Counted from the stretch's first letter, positions 35,225 to 47,781 are shown. The stretch is DNA of 64,000 bases from Octopus vulgaris (GCA_951406725.2 OX597825.1:50406001-50470000), one strand, 5' to 3'. Notes: generated by a model not told the origin, from the letters alone. A program made the numbers and translations.

Positions 35225-38222
35225 TAAAAACACACCAGCAAAGAATAAACCAATACCAATAAGAGAGGCTCTACAGAAATAGGGAAAGGAAATTCTACAA
35301 ACAGCTAAACAATAGGGAGGGACTACAAGGAAAATGATGTGCCAGTTGCTGAAGTAGCAAAGAACTTTTGGTCAGAAATTTGGCACGAAGACGATCAACA
35401 TAATATGGAAGCAATCTGTATATGTAAATTTAAAGCTGAAATGGAAGAGGGAGCAAAACAAGAAAATATGATATCATAGATAAGAAAGTAAAAGAGATGC
35501 TTAAGAAAATACCAAATTGTAAAGCCTTCAGACTAGAGTTCAGAGATTCTGGCTCAAAGGGCTTCCAAATACATACAGCCATAAACAATCATTTCCTACT
35601 AACTGTATAGAAAATGAAACATCAACATGACAAAAGGAAAGACAGTACTGGTACAGAAGAACATAGAAAAGAGAGTGAAGTCAGTAATTACAGGCCTATA
35701 ACATGCTAACAATTACTCAGGAAACTATTAACTGGCCCCATAGCAAATGAAGTGTACAGCTTTCTGATGAAGAAGAATCTATTGCCAGAGGAGAAAACCG
35801 GATACAGAAAGAAGTCAAGGGTATCTGCTGTATATTGTTACTATGGTAGTAAATAATGTATGAATAAGAGAGAAGAATTTAGCTGTTGGCTGGATTGACT
35901 ACAAGGCAGCTTATGACAATGTTCCACATGACAGGCTCCTGAAATGCCTGAGGACATTCAGAGTCAATGTGAAGATAAACAGTTTCCTAGAAAAAGCAAT
36001 AAGAACATGGGAAATAGAACTAACATACACAAATGCATTATTAGGAAATGTGAAAATATTCCAGGAAGCTTGCTCTCTCTTCATTACTCTTCATCATTGT
36101 ATTAATCTTTCTGACAAGTATACTGAGAATAACTAGGCCAGCCAATGAGTTTATCAAAACCAAGATGAAAATAAATCACCTGCTTTTATATGGACAACCT
36201 TAAACTATATACAAAAAGTGAAAAATACCTGAATTCTCTAATTGAAACAGTGAGAGTGTTTAGTAAGATATTGAGATGCAGTTTAGGGTGATTAAGTGTA
36301 CAGTGTTAATTATGAAGAGAGGCTGAGAGATAAATTATGATGGTATAAAATTACAAGATGACATTAGATTGCTGTGAAATAATTAAGGATGCAAGTAGCT
36401 ATGAACAGTGCAAGATCATAGGGAAATGGCAAGAGAAATGAGAAAGAAAAACTCTCAAGAGTACAAGAGAAGAATTGAGAAGGTGCTTGAAACAAAATTA
36501 AAAGGAGGGGAATATTATCAATGCAATGAATACATGAGACATATCAGCAGTCATACACTCAATTCCTGTTATAAAATTCACAGAGACTAAGGGTAATATT
36601 GACAGATTATAACCACCAAGAAATGATGGTGGGAGAGGATTGCTAAATGCACAAGACACCATTAGAACTGCAATACTGGGTTTGAAAAATTAGATTGTAC
36701 ATAATGAGGAAAAAATACAATTGGTAACTAAAAATGTTCAAGAAGATACTGAAACAATAGAATACAAGAACAGAAGGAAGAACAACAGAACAAATAGCTG
36801 GAATGAGGAACAATTACATGGCTAATTCATGCAACAAACTAAGGATGCTGAAATTAAAGAACACTGAGAGATGGAATTCTACAATATGTAACTGAAATGC
36901 TACTTATAGCTACTCAAGAACAAGCCATTAGGACATTTGATAAAACTAAGGGAGAGAGAGCAAATACAGAATCTGTGGGAAGGAGATGATATTATTACCC
37001 ATCTCTTGAATGAATGCAGTAAGCTAGTACAAAAAATAATATAAGTACAGGCATGATAGCATATGTAAAAGAGTACATTGAAATGTTAACCAAATATGTA
37101 AATTCAAAGAAGTAGAAAAATTATAGAAAAACATGAGCCAGAGGCTGTGATAAAGAATAAGAATTGCAGGATTTTATGGAATCTCCCCATAAAGACTAAC
37201 CATACTACTGAAGCAAGAAACTAGATAAAATTATAGAGGATAAAAAAAAAAAACAAAGGTAAAATCCTAGATTTTGCAGTACTTTATAAAGTTGATACCA
37301 AAAAAATTGAAATACCAAGACCGATCAAAAGTAAAATCCTAGATTTTGCAGTACTTTATAAAGTTGATACCAAAAAAATTGAAATACCAAGACCGATCAA
37401 AAGTAAAATCCTAGATTTTGCAGTACTTTATAAAGTTGATACCAAAAAAATTGAAATACCAAGACCGATCAAAAGTAAAATCCTAGATTTTGCAGTACTT
37501 TATAAAGTTGATACCAAAAAAATTGAAATACCAAGACCGATCAAAAGTAAAATCCTAGATTTTGCAGTACTTTATAAAGTTGATACCAAAAAAATTGAAA
37601 TACCAAGACCGATCAAAAGTAAAATCCTAGATTTTGCAGTACTTTATAAAGTTGATACCAAAAAAATTGAAATACCAAGACCGATCAAAAGTAAAATCCT
37701 AGATTTTGCAGTACTTTATAAAGTTGATACCAAAAAAATTGAAATACCAAGACCGATCAAAAGTAAAATCCTAGATTTTGCAGTACTTTATAAAGTTGAT
37801 ACCAAAAAAATTGAAATACCAAGACCGATCAAAAGTAAAATCCTAGATTTTGCAGTACTTTATAAAGTTGATACCAAAAAATTGAAATACCAAGACCGAT
37901 CAAAAGTAAAATCCTAGATTTTGCAGTACTTTATAAAGTTGATACCAAAAAAATTGAAATACCAAGACCGATCAAAAGTAAAATCCTAGATTTTGCAGTA
38001 CTTTATAAAGTTGATACCAAAAAAATTGAAATACCAAGACCGATCCAGGGTAGTAAGTGGTGCATTTGGCACAACGTCCAAACTGCTACCTAAAAGCCTG
38101 AAGTCTATTGGAATTGAAACTTGATTTGTTGACCTGTGAAAAAGTGCAGTTCTGTATTCTGCAAGAATCTCAAGACAGATTCTGGATATTTGAGGAGACT
38201 TGTTGTCACCAAACCTCAAGAC
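35225..38222 (+). mobile_element. Degenerate R4/Dong-clade RLE non-LTR retrotransposon (RT, zinc knuckle, RLE)
   Basis: WIDYKAAYDNVPHD (35891-35932), IFQ (~36056), YMDNLKLY (36187-36210), RICG...ITHLLNECSKLVQK...YRHD (36968-37057), ILDFAV and the terminal VVSGAFGT...KSAVLYSARISRQIL. Confidence 0.88.
37261..38045 (+). repeat. Near-perfect tandem array, 72-bp unit x ~11, inside the LINE endonuclease region
   Basis: Units start at 37261, 37333, 37405, 37477, 37549, 37621, 37693, 37765, 37837 (71 bp), 37908 and 37980 (partial). Confidence 0.97.
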
Positions 38223-38299
38223 AATATCTCTACTAATTAATACAGCATGTAATAGTTTTAGGCATAGTAATTATAGTTTCTAACATACATATTCAACGG

Positions 38300-38460
38300 A
38301 GTGGAATAGTCAAATTAATTCCAGTACTTGACTGGTTCTATTTTATTAACCCCATAGGGATTGAAGGCAAAGTTGACCTAGGTAGGATTTGAAGTCAGAA
38401 TGTAAAGAGCTGGAACAAATACAAGGAAATTTTATCCAACACTCACATGATTCCGCTGAA
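38300..38460 (-). mobile_element. SINE fragment (47217 family)
   Basis: CCAGTACTTGACTGGTTCTATTTTATTAACCCC...GAAGGCAAAGTTGACC...GGATTTGAA. Confidence 0.65.
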
Positions 38461-38499
38461 GGGAATATAAGCCTACCAAAGTAGTAGAAAATAATGACA

Positions 38500-38870
38500 T
38501 CTCCATTCTTTGAGACTTTAGTATTCAAACTGATCCAGCTATTCAGGCCAAGAGACTTTATATTGTGTAGAAAAATTATATTGACAAAATATACTTGTTC
38601 AATAGATATGTCAATCCAATCAGACTGCAAGATTTCTGTGAAAATGTTAACAAAATTGAGTAAATATAAGGACTTTGCAACAGAGGTCTCAAAAATGTAG
38701 CATTTAAGATTGATAACTGTACTTGTGATCACTGAAGCTTTAAGGATAAAACCAAACTGGTACTCATAAATGATCAAATAGCTAGAAAGCCAAAAGTAAC
38801 ATAGCTACAAAAAACTGTTTGTATTAGTGCATCCCACATCCTAAGAAATATATTGTCAACCAAAGAATAA
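38500..38870 (+). pseudogene. Second R4/Dong-type LINE 3' end (RLE C-terminus)
   Basis: TCSIDMSIQSDCKISVKMLTKLSKYKDFATEVSKM*...LQKTVCISASHILRNILS. Confidence 0.8.
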
Positions 38871-38913
38871 CTCTTAAAATCTTTCAATATCACAAATATT
38901 GTAACAAACTTCA

Positions 38914-39005
38914 AACAAAATCATAATTCTCCATATTTTGTCTCATTTCCCTAAGATATATATCTTAGGGAAATGAGACAAAATATGGAGAATTATGATT
39001 TTGTT
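38914..39005. repeat. Perfect 92-bp palindrome with no spacer
   Basis: AACAAAATCATAATTCTCCATATTTTGTCTCATTTCCCTAAGATAT followed by its exact reverse complement; centre between 38959 and 38960. Confidence 0.97.
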
Positions 39006-39105
39006 ACTCATAAATAACATACACAACAAAATTTCTGACTTACTGTTTGGAAAAGTTTATATAAAACAAAGTAAAATCAACAGGAAAAATATACTAGTAA
39101 TGAAC

Positions 39106-39480
39106 AGGCACAGGTGAGGGTGCATAGTAAGAAGCTTGCTTCCCAACCACATGGTTCCAGGTTCAGTCCCACTGTGTGGTACTTTGGGCAAATGTCTTCT
39201 ACTATAGCCTGAGGGTAACCAAAAACCTGAGCAGATTTGTTAAACAAAAACTAAAAGAACCCCGTTGTGTGTGTGTGTGTCTATGTTTGTCCCCTCACCT
39301 TTGCTTGACAACTAGTGTTGGTGTATTTATGTCCCAGTACATTAACAGTTCAGCAAACAGAGACCGATAGAATAAGTACCAGGTTTAACAAAAAGGACTG
39401 GTGTTGATACATTCAACTAAAAATTCTTCAAGGCAGCGCTCCAGCATAGCTGCAAGAAGTAAAAGAAAAAAGAAAAAATA
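39106..39480 (+). mobile_element. tRNA-derived CORE-like SINE with internal (TG)n
   Basis: Colinear with 45073-45480; B-box-like GGTTCAGTCCC; A-rich tail. Confidence 0.85.
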
Positions 39481-40100
39481 GGAAGAAAGATAAAAGGAAA
39501 GTATATTGTAATCAGGGCTCAGGCACACTGCTGTTCATTGGAAAAGTGTAAAAGAGGGGACAGAAAGCAGCAATAAGTCAAGTAAAGACAGAGCAATGAT
39601 AACCAAAAAATATTCTAAAATCTAAGACACCAATAATGTAGTTTTAAAAACTATACATTCACATACAAATATGGAAGAATTTGGACACACATTTGTTGAA
39701 TATGTCACACTGAAATCCAGCTAACCCAAGGCTTATACAATAAATGTTTCATTCTAAGTTGAAATATTTAAAGCAACATTAGTTTACATCATAGATATGA
39801 CTCAGAGTTAAACAACACAGCCAGATTACATTAAACAAAGAAAAGGCTGAGACAGTTACTGTTTTTGTAAATGAAACATTAGAACCTGCCTTGTTAGTCA
39901 GCTTCTAGAAACAAAGTAGTAGTAATCACATAATACTAATTTGCATGTATGTATGCATGCATGCACATATATATATATACACACACATATATATATATAG
40001 TTAATGCAAACATGAACAAAGAGAAAACACATCAAGGCGAGGACGTGGAACAAGTATAGTGTTATTTGACGCTCAGGAAAGGAAAGAAAGAAGGAGGAGG

Positions 40101-40135
40101 ATTTAACGTTTCAAGCAGAGCTCTTCATCAGAAAC
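40101..40135 (-). ncRNA. Minimal hammerhead ribozyme in a ~200-bp element between microsatellites
   Basis: Minus strand: GTTT-CTGATGA-A-GAGC-TCT-GCTT-GAAA-CG-TT-AAAT, the PLE-type layout with a palindromic ACGT stem III. Confidence 0.65.
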
Positions 40136-40663
40136 ATAGAAAAAGGAAAGGTCCAAGGAAGGGAAGATAGAGAAAGAAAATCGCCAACGATACACACGCA
40201 GTCAAACATATATACATATATATCCACATACACACAAACACACATATATACATATATACACATACACACACACACATATACACACATATATAAACATATA
40301 TACATATACACACACATATATATATATACACACATATATAAACTAATATTCCATTAACATAGTTTTGATCTTTGATAATTATGTTAGCATTTTCTTTACA
40401 TAGAGCTTCTGAATTGCTTCTTTCTTTAACACTCTGGACCCGCCCTCCTAACTGCACCCTCCTGTTAATAACTTGTAGTATTCCATAGTCCTTTAATAGC
40501 TCCCTTTCTCATCTATGTTCTTTGAGCTCGGATGGTAAATAATTATGTGCACTTAACATATTTGTCTAAACCATGTTTTCTTATCTCATCCTTCTTCCTT
40601 TTGCTTATATTGTATGGTCTTGATTTTTTACTGTGATGAAGATCACTTGCTTTAATTCGAATG

Positions 40664-40744
40664 CCCTATGAAGATGAAGAATTTTATTCTCACATTTATG
40701 TATAGACTGCATTCAGGGAATCTATTCAGAAACAGCTGTTAGGT
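40664..40744 (+). ncRNA. Degenerate hammerhead-like motif
   Basis: CCT-ATGAAGA-TGAAGA...TCTATTCA-GAAA-CAGCTG-TT-AGG; core C3 changed to A; same CAGCTG stem III as at 14067. Confidence 0.4.
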
Positions 40745-41001
40745 CTGTTATGTCTTGCTTTGTATCAATAAACAAGCTTTAAATGTGGTCCAATCAATGT
40801 GCTGGTTAATCTACATTCTTCTCCATTTTCTAATTATTTGTATACATATACTCTTGTGTCTGGGGAGAGTCATTCTCTTTTAGTGCCTCATAATTTAACA
40901 CACTCACCAGTAAAATTGCCACTCAGTTACTTATTTATTTTTCTAAAATTTTCGTTGCGTCTTGCAACCTTTTCAATAGAGTTGACAACTATTGAAAAGG
41001 C

Positions 41002-41715
41002 TGCACACACACACGCACGCACAGACACAACTCCACTCCATACACAAACATGTACACAAGTAATTATATGATGGGCTTCCATACAGTTTCCTCTTGCCAA
41101 ATTCCACTCACAAGATATTAATTATATTGGTCAACCTCAGGCTATAGAATACCCTTGCCCAATGTGTCCCTTACATATAATATATACAGGCCTGCAAGAG
41201 TCTGTGTCAGTGCCAGCTAAAAAACACTTGTACTGGTGCCATGTAAAAGCATTTGTACAGTGCCATGTTAAAGACACACAGCACACATTGTAAAGTGGTT
41301 GGCATTAGGAAGGGCAATCAGTTGTATAAATCAGACTGGAACTTGGTGCAACTCTCCAGCTTGCCAGCTCTGCTCAAACAATCCAACCCATGCCAGCATG
41401 GAAAACAAAAAATAATATATATATATATACATAGAAAGAGAGAGAGAGAGGAGAAAGAGAGATGCACAAACACATTTGTTCAATGTAGATGCAAGTATAA
41501 TAAGTTTACTCCACAAGCAAATAAGTTCCAATATTAATCCCACTCTGGGACACATTAGGCAAGGGTATGCCATAGCCTAAGGTTGACCAATATGACTAAT
41601 ATCTTGTGAGTGGAATTTGGCAAGTGAAAACTGTGAGGAAGCCCATCATATAATTACTTGGGTACATGTTTGTGCATGGGCTGGAGTTGCGTCTGCATGA
41701 GTGTGTGTGTGTGCA
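41002..41715. repeat. Inverted pair of ~170-bp SINE-derived segments
   Basis: 41002-41170 is an imperfect reverse complement of 41547-41715. Confidence 0.85.
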
Positions 41716-42553
41716 AGCAAACTGCATAACTTAGTGAATTTGATAAAACAATAACATGCTGAAACACATCTAAATGATGCTCCAGTATAGGCACATTCCA
41801 GAGTGAAAGACCAGTCAAAGAATATTCATCAGGACAATGAATAGTTTATTTGCTTAACAACTAGGATTTTGCAGAACAGATATTGCATCTCAATGCTGGA
41901 TATGTCTAACATTGGAAAATGTGGGAGTAAAGGAACACAAAACCATACTGGAAAAATATATCACTGTCACCTTGAACCTTTACTTGATAGGGATCACACA
42001 GAATTGGTAAATTTCTAATTATCTTAGCTCTGATCATTTCCTTCAGTTTGGTTCTGAGAAAGAGACACAACAGCTTCAAATGTTTTGTTCCATCTTTAAA
42101 AGAAGGAACTGTTGTTCATTCTTCTTTTTTTTTTCACTTTATCCTAATGGCATCAAAGAAAAGCAATATAGTTTGGGTAAATGTAGAGCTTAGATGATCT
42201 TTCACCTGTAGGTCACACAGGTCAGAGAATATAATAGTCTTATTAACACAACTATGTCCATACCTTGGTGTAATATCAATATTAGCATAGGGTTTATACA
42301 TATATATATATATATACAGAAAAATCTACAGATATATAAGCACATACACATATACAAACTGCATACTCATTCACATACACATATATATACACACACACAT
42401 ACATGTCACTATACATATACGCACATTTCGGTGTTAAAGAAGGAAGTGCACTTGCTACAGTGTTAATAATGATGATTACAGGTAGAGAAAATAAAGAAAT
42501 AAAAGAACTGTGTATGCTATGTTTATAATAGGTGTGTATATGCATACACACAA

Positions 42554-42594
<41 letters not shown>

Positions 42595-45072
42595 TACACA
42601 CATACATAAATATATATATACACACACATGCACACACACATACATACACACACACACATGGACACAGACAGAAGGAAAGTCCATTTATTTAGTGAGTGTC
42701 AAAGTTCACGGTGATAGAATTCCTAGGTAATAGAGGACAAATATGTTCCATTATGTTAATTTGAAGAGATACTGCCTTGCAACAATGAGGCAGGAATCTG
42801 TTTAAGAACTGATACCTAAGTAAATTTTGGTGAGAAAAAGAGAGTGACAGAGAGAGAGAGGGAGAGAGTGGACATGATTATCGTCACCAAAAAAGGAAAA
42901 TGTAATAAAATGAAGAAATAAATGGCAGATATAAAAAGAGAAAGAAAAAAAAATATATCAGAGAATATAAAAAAACAAAAACAAAGTGTGTGTGTAGAGA
43001 GAGAGGGAGAGGGAGGGATGTCAGGTTGATAAATTTTGTGAAAATCAATTTTGTAGTAAATGTTGTTGTGTTGAAGAAAAGCCAATAAGGAGGAAAATAA
43101 ATAAATTGACAGCTTCCATCGTGGAAGCAAGTTTCGGAGCAGCAGAAACAGCTTATCACCACATTTATTAGCAAAGAGTAAATTGAATTTCCCTTAGGTA
43201 ACTTAATAGAACTGGTCAAACTACTTGCTGATAGAGAAATGCTAAAACTTGGCTCCCACAGGAACCAAACAACCATGAGGTGTATATCATACACACACAC
43301 ACAAACACACATGTATATATCATATCTATCCCACATGCTCAGACAATCACCTATGCATATATTGTATCTACCACAAGCACACACATGAGAGAAACACACA
43401 GACACTGAATGAGTGTTAAGCTTGCAAAAGAAAATAAATAGCCAAAAATGAACAAAACAAAACAAACAAAAAAATATATATAATGAAAGAAACACCTTGC
43501 TTATATTCACAGAGAAGTTGCTAAGATTTGACAGTAATGTTACATTGATTGTGGAGTTTGATTCATTGAAGAAATTCCTTTTTGGTAAATTCTTAGGCCT
43601 ATTCTTTTTTTCACATAAAAATATACTTTCTACATTATAAAGAACAAACAAACAAAACAAAACATACATACATACATATGTATATATACGTATTTATATG
43701 TATGTATGTGAGTGAGTGTATGTTACACAAAGTAAGATGGGACTGGGAGACAGAGGCAACCTCTTCATTTGTCCATGGATATCAGAATGATTTTGGAATT
43801 GACAGAAGGGTTTTGAATGAAAGAACATAAGGATAAGTGTTTCCTTCAACCTTTTATTTCATATTTCAAAGAACATTTTGACAGGAGATATTCAAAAGAA
43901 AACCAGGCTCAGTTTAGCAGCTGATGATCAGAAATGAGCAACTGGAAATTGGTGCCTTTCAGTTTATAATGTATTAAAAATTATTCTACATTTGTATTGA
44001 GTCCTGTAATTTATTGCTTCTGGTGAATCAAAAGATACGTGTGTGTGTGTATACATTGTACCTTGTGCAAATGTCTTCTACTATTACCATGGGCAACCCA
44101 AAGCCTTATGAGTGGATTTTGTAGGAAAGAACTAAGAGAAATCCAATCAGCATCATCATCATCATTTAACATCTAGATTTCATGCTGGCATGAGCTGGAT
44201 GGGTTAACAAGATCTGATGGGTTCAAGAACTACATCATGCTCCAGTGTCTACTCAGGCATGGTTTCTATAGCTGGTTGCCCTTCTTAATACCAAACACTT
44301 TACAATGTGTGCTGGGTGCTTTTATCATGCTACCAGTGCTAGTGAGATTGTCATACAGCTTGCAAGACTATGAATGTTATATGAGTGGCTTTTCACAAGG
44401 AGATGGTGGGGGAATGAAGTGTGAGAGAAGAAACTAGAGCAGAACAGGTTCCTTACTTTACAAGAGATACATGACTACTCAAGTTTTAAAATAGGGGGGG
44501 GGGGTCAGGTGTTGCTGGAAAGAAATAAAAATAGTGGTGATGATGTGTCTGGGTGGACCCTCAAGGTACAAGGCAACTAGAAGTGAATGGGACAGAGAAG
44601 CCAAGGATGTGTGCAAAGACTGTAAGAGTGTATGGGAGAGTGATTGATGGGAATAAAGATTGGGTAGTATTGAAGGATAGATATAGTAAATGGTGGATAA
44701 GGGGTGGGGGATGACCAATGATGCATGAGTTGGGGAAGTAGTGGGGTGTAAGATGTAACTGACAGTGCAGAAAAAGAAATGGGGAAGCAGCAGAAAAGTA
44801 ATGATGACAAGAGAAGGATGAGAGATGACATGTGGTTGAGTATGTTGCAGGAATCACTGGTGGAGGAAGTAGAGAGATAATTTGGTGGCTAAATGGGGAG
44901 TGGGGGTTATGAATGTTTTGATCAGCCTTGGGGCATTAATAGAAGATATTTTCTCAAGAAGTGACACAAGGGGACTGAACCTGCAACTATGTGACTGGAA
45001 AGCAAATTTCTTACCATACAACTACACCTATGCCTACTGAGCCCCATTTACACCAATGTGTGTGTGTGTGTA

Positions 45073-45480
45073 TAGGTGCAGGAGTGGCTGTGTGGTAAGT
45101 AGCTTGCTTACCAACTACATGGTTCCAGGTTCAGTCCCACTGTGTGGCAACTTGGGCAAGTGTCTTCTACTAGAGCCTCGGGGTCAACCAAAGCCTTGTA
45201 AGTGGATTTGGTAGACGGAAACTGAAATAAAGCCATCATATATGTATGTGCTTGTGTGTGTGTGTGTGTGTATCAGTGTTTATCCCCCCCACCATCACTT
45301 GACAACTGACGTTGGTGTGTTTACGTCCCCGTAACTTAGCAGTTCGGCAAAAGACACTGATAGAATAAGAACTAGAGTTACAAAGAATAAGTCCTGGGGT
45401 CGATTTGTTCAACTAAAGGCAGAGCTCCAGCATGACCACAGTCAAATGACTGAAACAAATAAAAGAGAAGAATAAAAGAA
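45073..45480 (+). mobile_element. Full-length tRNA-derived CORE-like SINE (octopus OR-type by recall)
   Basis: Head GGTGCAGGAGTGGCTGTGTGGTAAG (A box) and GGTTCAGTCCC (B box), CORE-like CTTGGGCAAGTGTC, internal (TG)n, AAAAG-type tail. Confidence 0.88.
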
Positions 45481-46109
45481 CATATATATGTATGTGTGCA
45501 TGTGTTTGTGTGTGTGTGTGTATGTATATATGTATGTATGCATACACATGTGTGTTTTGCTCGAAATTAAATCTTTCAGAATACCAGAAGATACACATTG
45601 TCATATAGAGTATTTAAGGTGTGAATTCAATTTCACTCAACAATATACCAAATATCAATTACACTGGATTTAAATATTCCTTGAATATATTTTTGCATTT
45701 CTCATATCCACTGAGTTTTCATACCTATTCATTATATTTTGTTATTCTCAATGATATCGTATCCAACATCATCAATATCATACTGTCATATTCATCATTC
45801 AAACTTAAATTAGTTTCCATTTTTAATTTTTGAATGTTAGAGTGCTTTTGGAAAGTTATTTACATCTCTGATAAATGATGGTAGATATAGTTTTCCATGT
45901 TCTACAGTATATATGGTTTCTTTTTTATGCTTTTGTATTTTCTTGTACTTAATTTTTCTTTATTGAATAGTGTGAATAAAGAATATAATCCCCTGGTGAA
46001 GTTCTGGCAAATTCTTATTCTGCTACGATGTTTGATACCAGGAAAAAGAAAGGCAATTGCTATGATAATGCTTGCACATGCATGCACACACACACACACA
46101 CACACAAAT

Positions 46110-46999
46110 TGCATTCAAAAAGCATCTGACTTTATTTTCTCCCACTAAAACTAATGGTGCATGGGCAAAATCCTTTGAGTAGGAGGTGATGCCACCCTTC
46201 CTGTGCCTACATGAAAACTTTTGTGCTAGTAGGCTGTGGTGTCAGTTTGTGGTATTAAGCCTAGAGTACGGACACATAGTGCATGCTCATCAGATTTTCA
46301 TTTTTATGCAAAATGACCAAATGCATTGAATAGAGAGCATAAATGCAAGTTTCATCACCAATGACGACAGTCTTCATAAAGTCTGGTTCATGGCTTGCAC
46401 AGTTCAGCATGTCTTGAGTGATTTCCATGCAGAGATGCTTCTACTTCTCCACCAACACCTTGGGGATAAATTTGGTTGACACTTTCTGCATACACAAATC
46501 CTCCTTTAAAATGGAATGCACTGGTCCTGTGCTTATTCCTACTGCATGAGTAATTTCCTGAATTGTTACAGGATGGTTTTCATAATTATTCACCAAACCT
46601 TCACAAAAGGCTCCTTATTACAGCTTGTGGATGGCCTGCCTGAGCATGCCTTGCTCTCCACCGAGGTGCAGCCATGTTTGAAATGGTTGTTCCACTCCCT
46701 GATATGAGGTTTGCTCAGGCCTGCTGAATCTTCTGGATGGTTTTGAGCTTGAGTATCACTAAACTTTTGACAAAACTTGATACAATATCTCTGCTCAATG
46801 CATTCAGTGAAAATCCGATGAGTGTACATTATTCATCCATACTACAGGTGTAACAGCCAGATCCTGATATAGCCTACAGGTATGAAAATTTTCACACATT
46901 CACAGGAAGGATGGTGCCACCATACACCCAAAGGATTTTGCCCACATGGCATTAGTTTTGGTGAGTAAAATTGAAGTTGAATACTTTTTGAACACACCT
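46110..46999 (-). mobile_element. mariner derivative with long inverted arms (5' end present at both termini)
   Basis: 46110-46337 and 46788-46999 are diverged inverted copies; the interior (minus strand) encodes IEQRYCIKFCQK...EPDFMKTVVIGDETCIY. Confidence 0.8.
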
Positions 47000-47216
47000 A
47001 TATACATATATGATATATGATAATGTTCACAAACACACTATATATATGTACATGTAAGATGGCAAACTGACAGAGTTGTTAAAGCCCTGAACAGAATACA
47101 CCATGGTATTTGTTTTGAATCTCTGCATACTAAGTTCAAATATCACCAAGATTAATTTTGCATTTCATTGATAATGATCTAGCAATCTAGGGTGTTAGAT
47201 TAACAGAACTTTTAAA

Positions 47217-47447
47217 GGCGGCGAGCTGGCAGAAACATTAGCACGCCAGGCAAAATGCCTAGTGGTATTTCGTCTGACTTTACTTTCTGAGTTCAAATTC
47301 CACTGCGGTCAACTTTGCCATTCATCCTTTCGGGGTTGATAAATTAAGTACCAATTATGCACTGGGGTCGATGCAATCGACTTAATCCCTTTGTCTGTCC
47401 TTGTTTGTCCCCTCTATGTTTAGCCCCTTGTGGGCAATAAAGAAATA
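47217..47447 (+). mobile_element. tRNA-derived SINE with target-site duplication
   Basis: GGCGGCGAGCTGGCAGAA head, B box GAGTTCAAATTCC, end CAATAAAGAAATA; TSD AGAACTTTTAAA(GG) at 47205 and 47448. Confidence 0.92.
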
Positions 47448-47781
47448 AGAACTTTTAAAGGGTTGGATGACATACTTTGTTCCAAATCTTTTCAGCTCTG
47501 ACAGCAAAGCCTGCAACAACAATATAAAATTGTATTGGCCCAAGTTAGTGGCCATTTACTTGGCTTGAAGATGTGAAGGATCAGCATGCATGGGTAGCAG
47601 CAAATCTTTGCCTAAAATAGTCTGCTAGTCTTTATTCTATCTCCTTCAAATCTTACACTTTTGAAAATCATAGAAATGTGAAATTGGTAAAATGTATTGC
47701 TATAAATGAATCTTTTTATACAACCTCAGTGCATTTTCATTTTATTTCCTATATATATATATATATTTATATATAGATAGA

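Noticed and set aside
37261-38045. CRISPR array
   Set aside because: Units are contiguous and identical with no variable spacers, there are no cas genes, and the unit is LINE endonuclease sequence in a eukaryotic context.
42884-43669. 261-aa minus-strand ORF, the longest in the window
   Set aside because: Low-complexity F/L/C composition crossing simple repeats; no recognisable domain.
43915-43950. Hammerhead-like CTGATGA-TCA-GAAA
   Set aside because: No room for stem II and no NUH triplet with stem I pairing.
45073-45145. tRNA genes at SINE heads (also 47217, 51100-51175, 61370-61440)
   Set aside because: A and B boxes are present but each continues into a SINE body, several with TSDs; no convincing cloverleaf.
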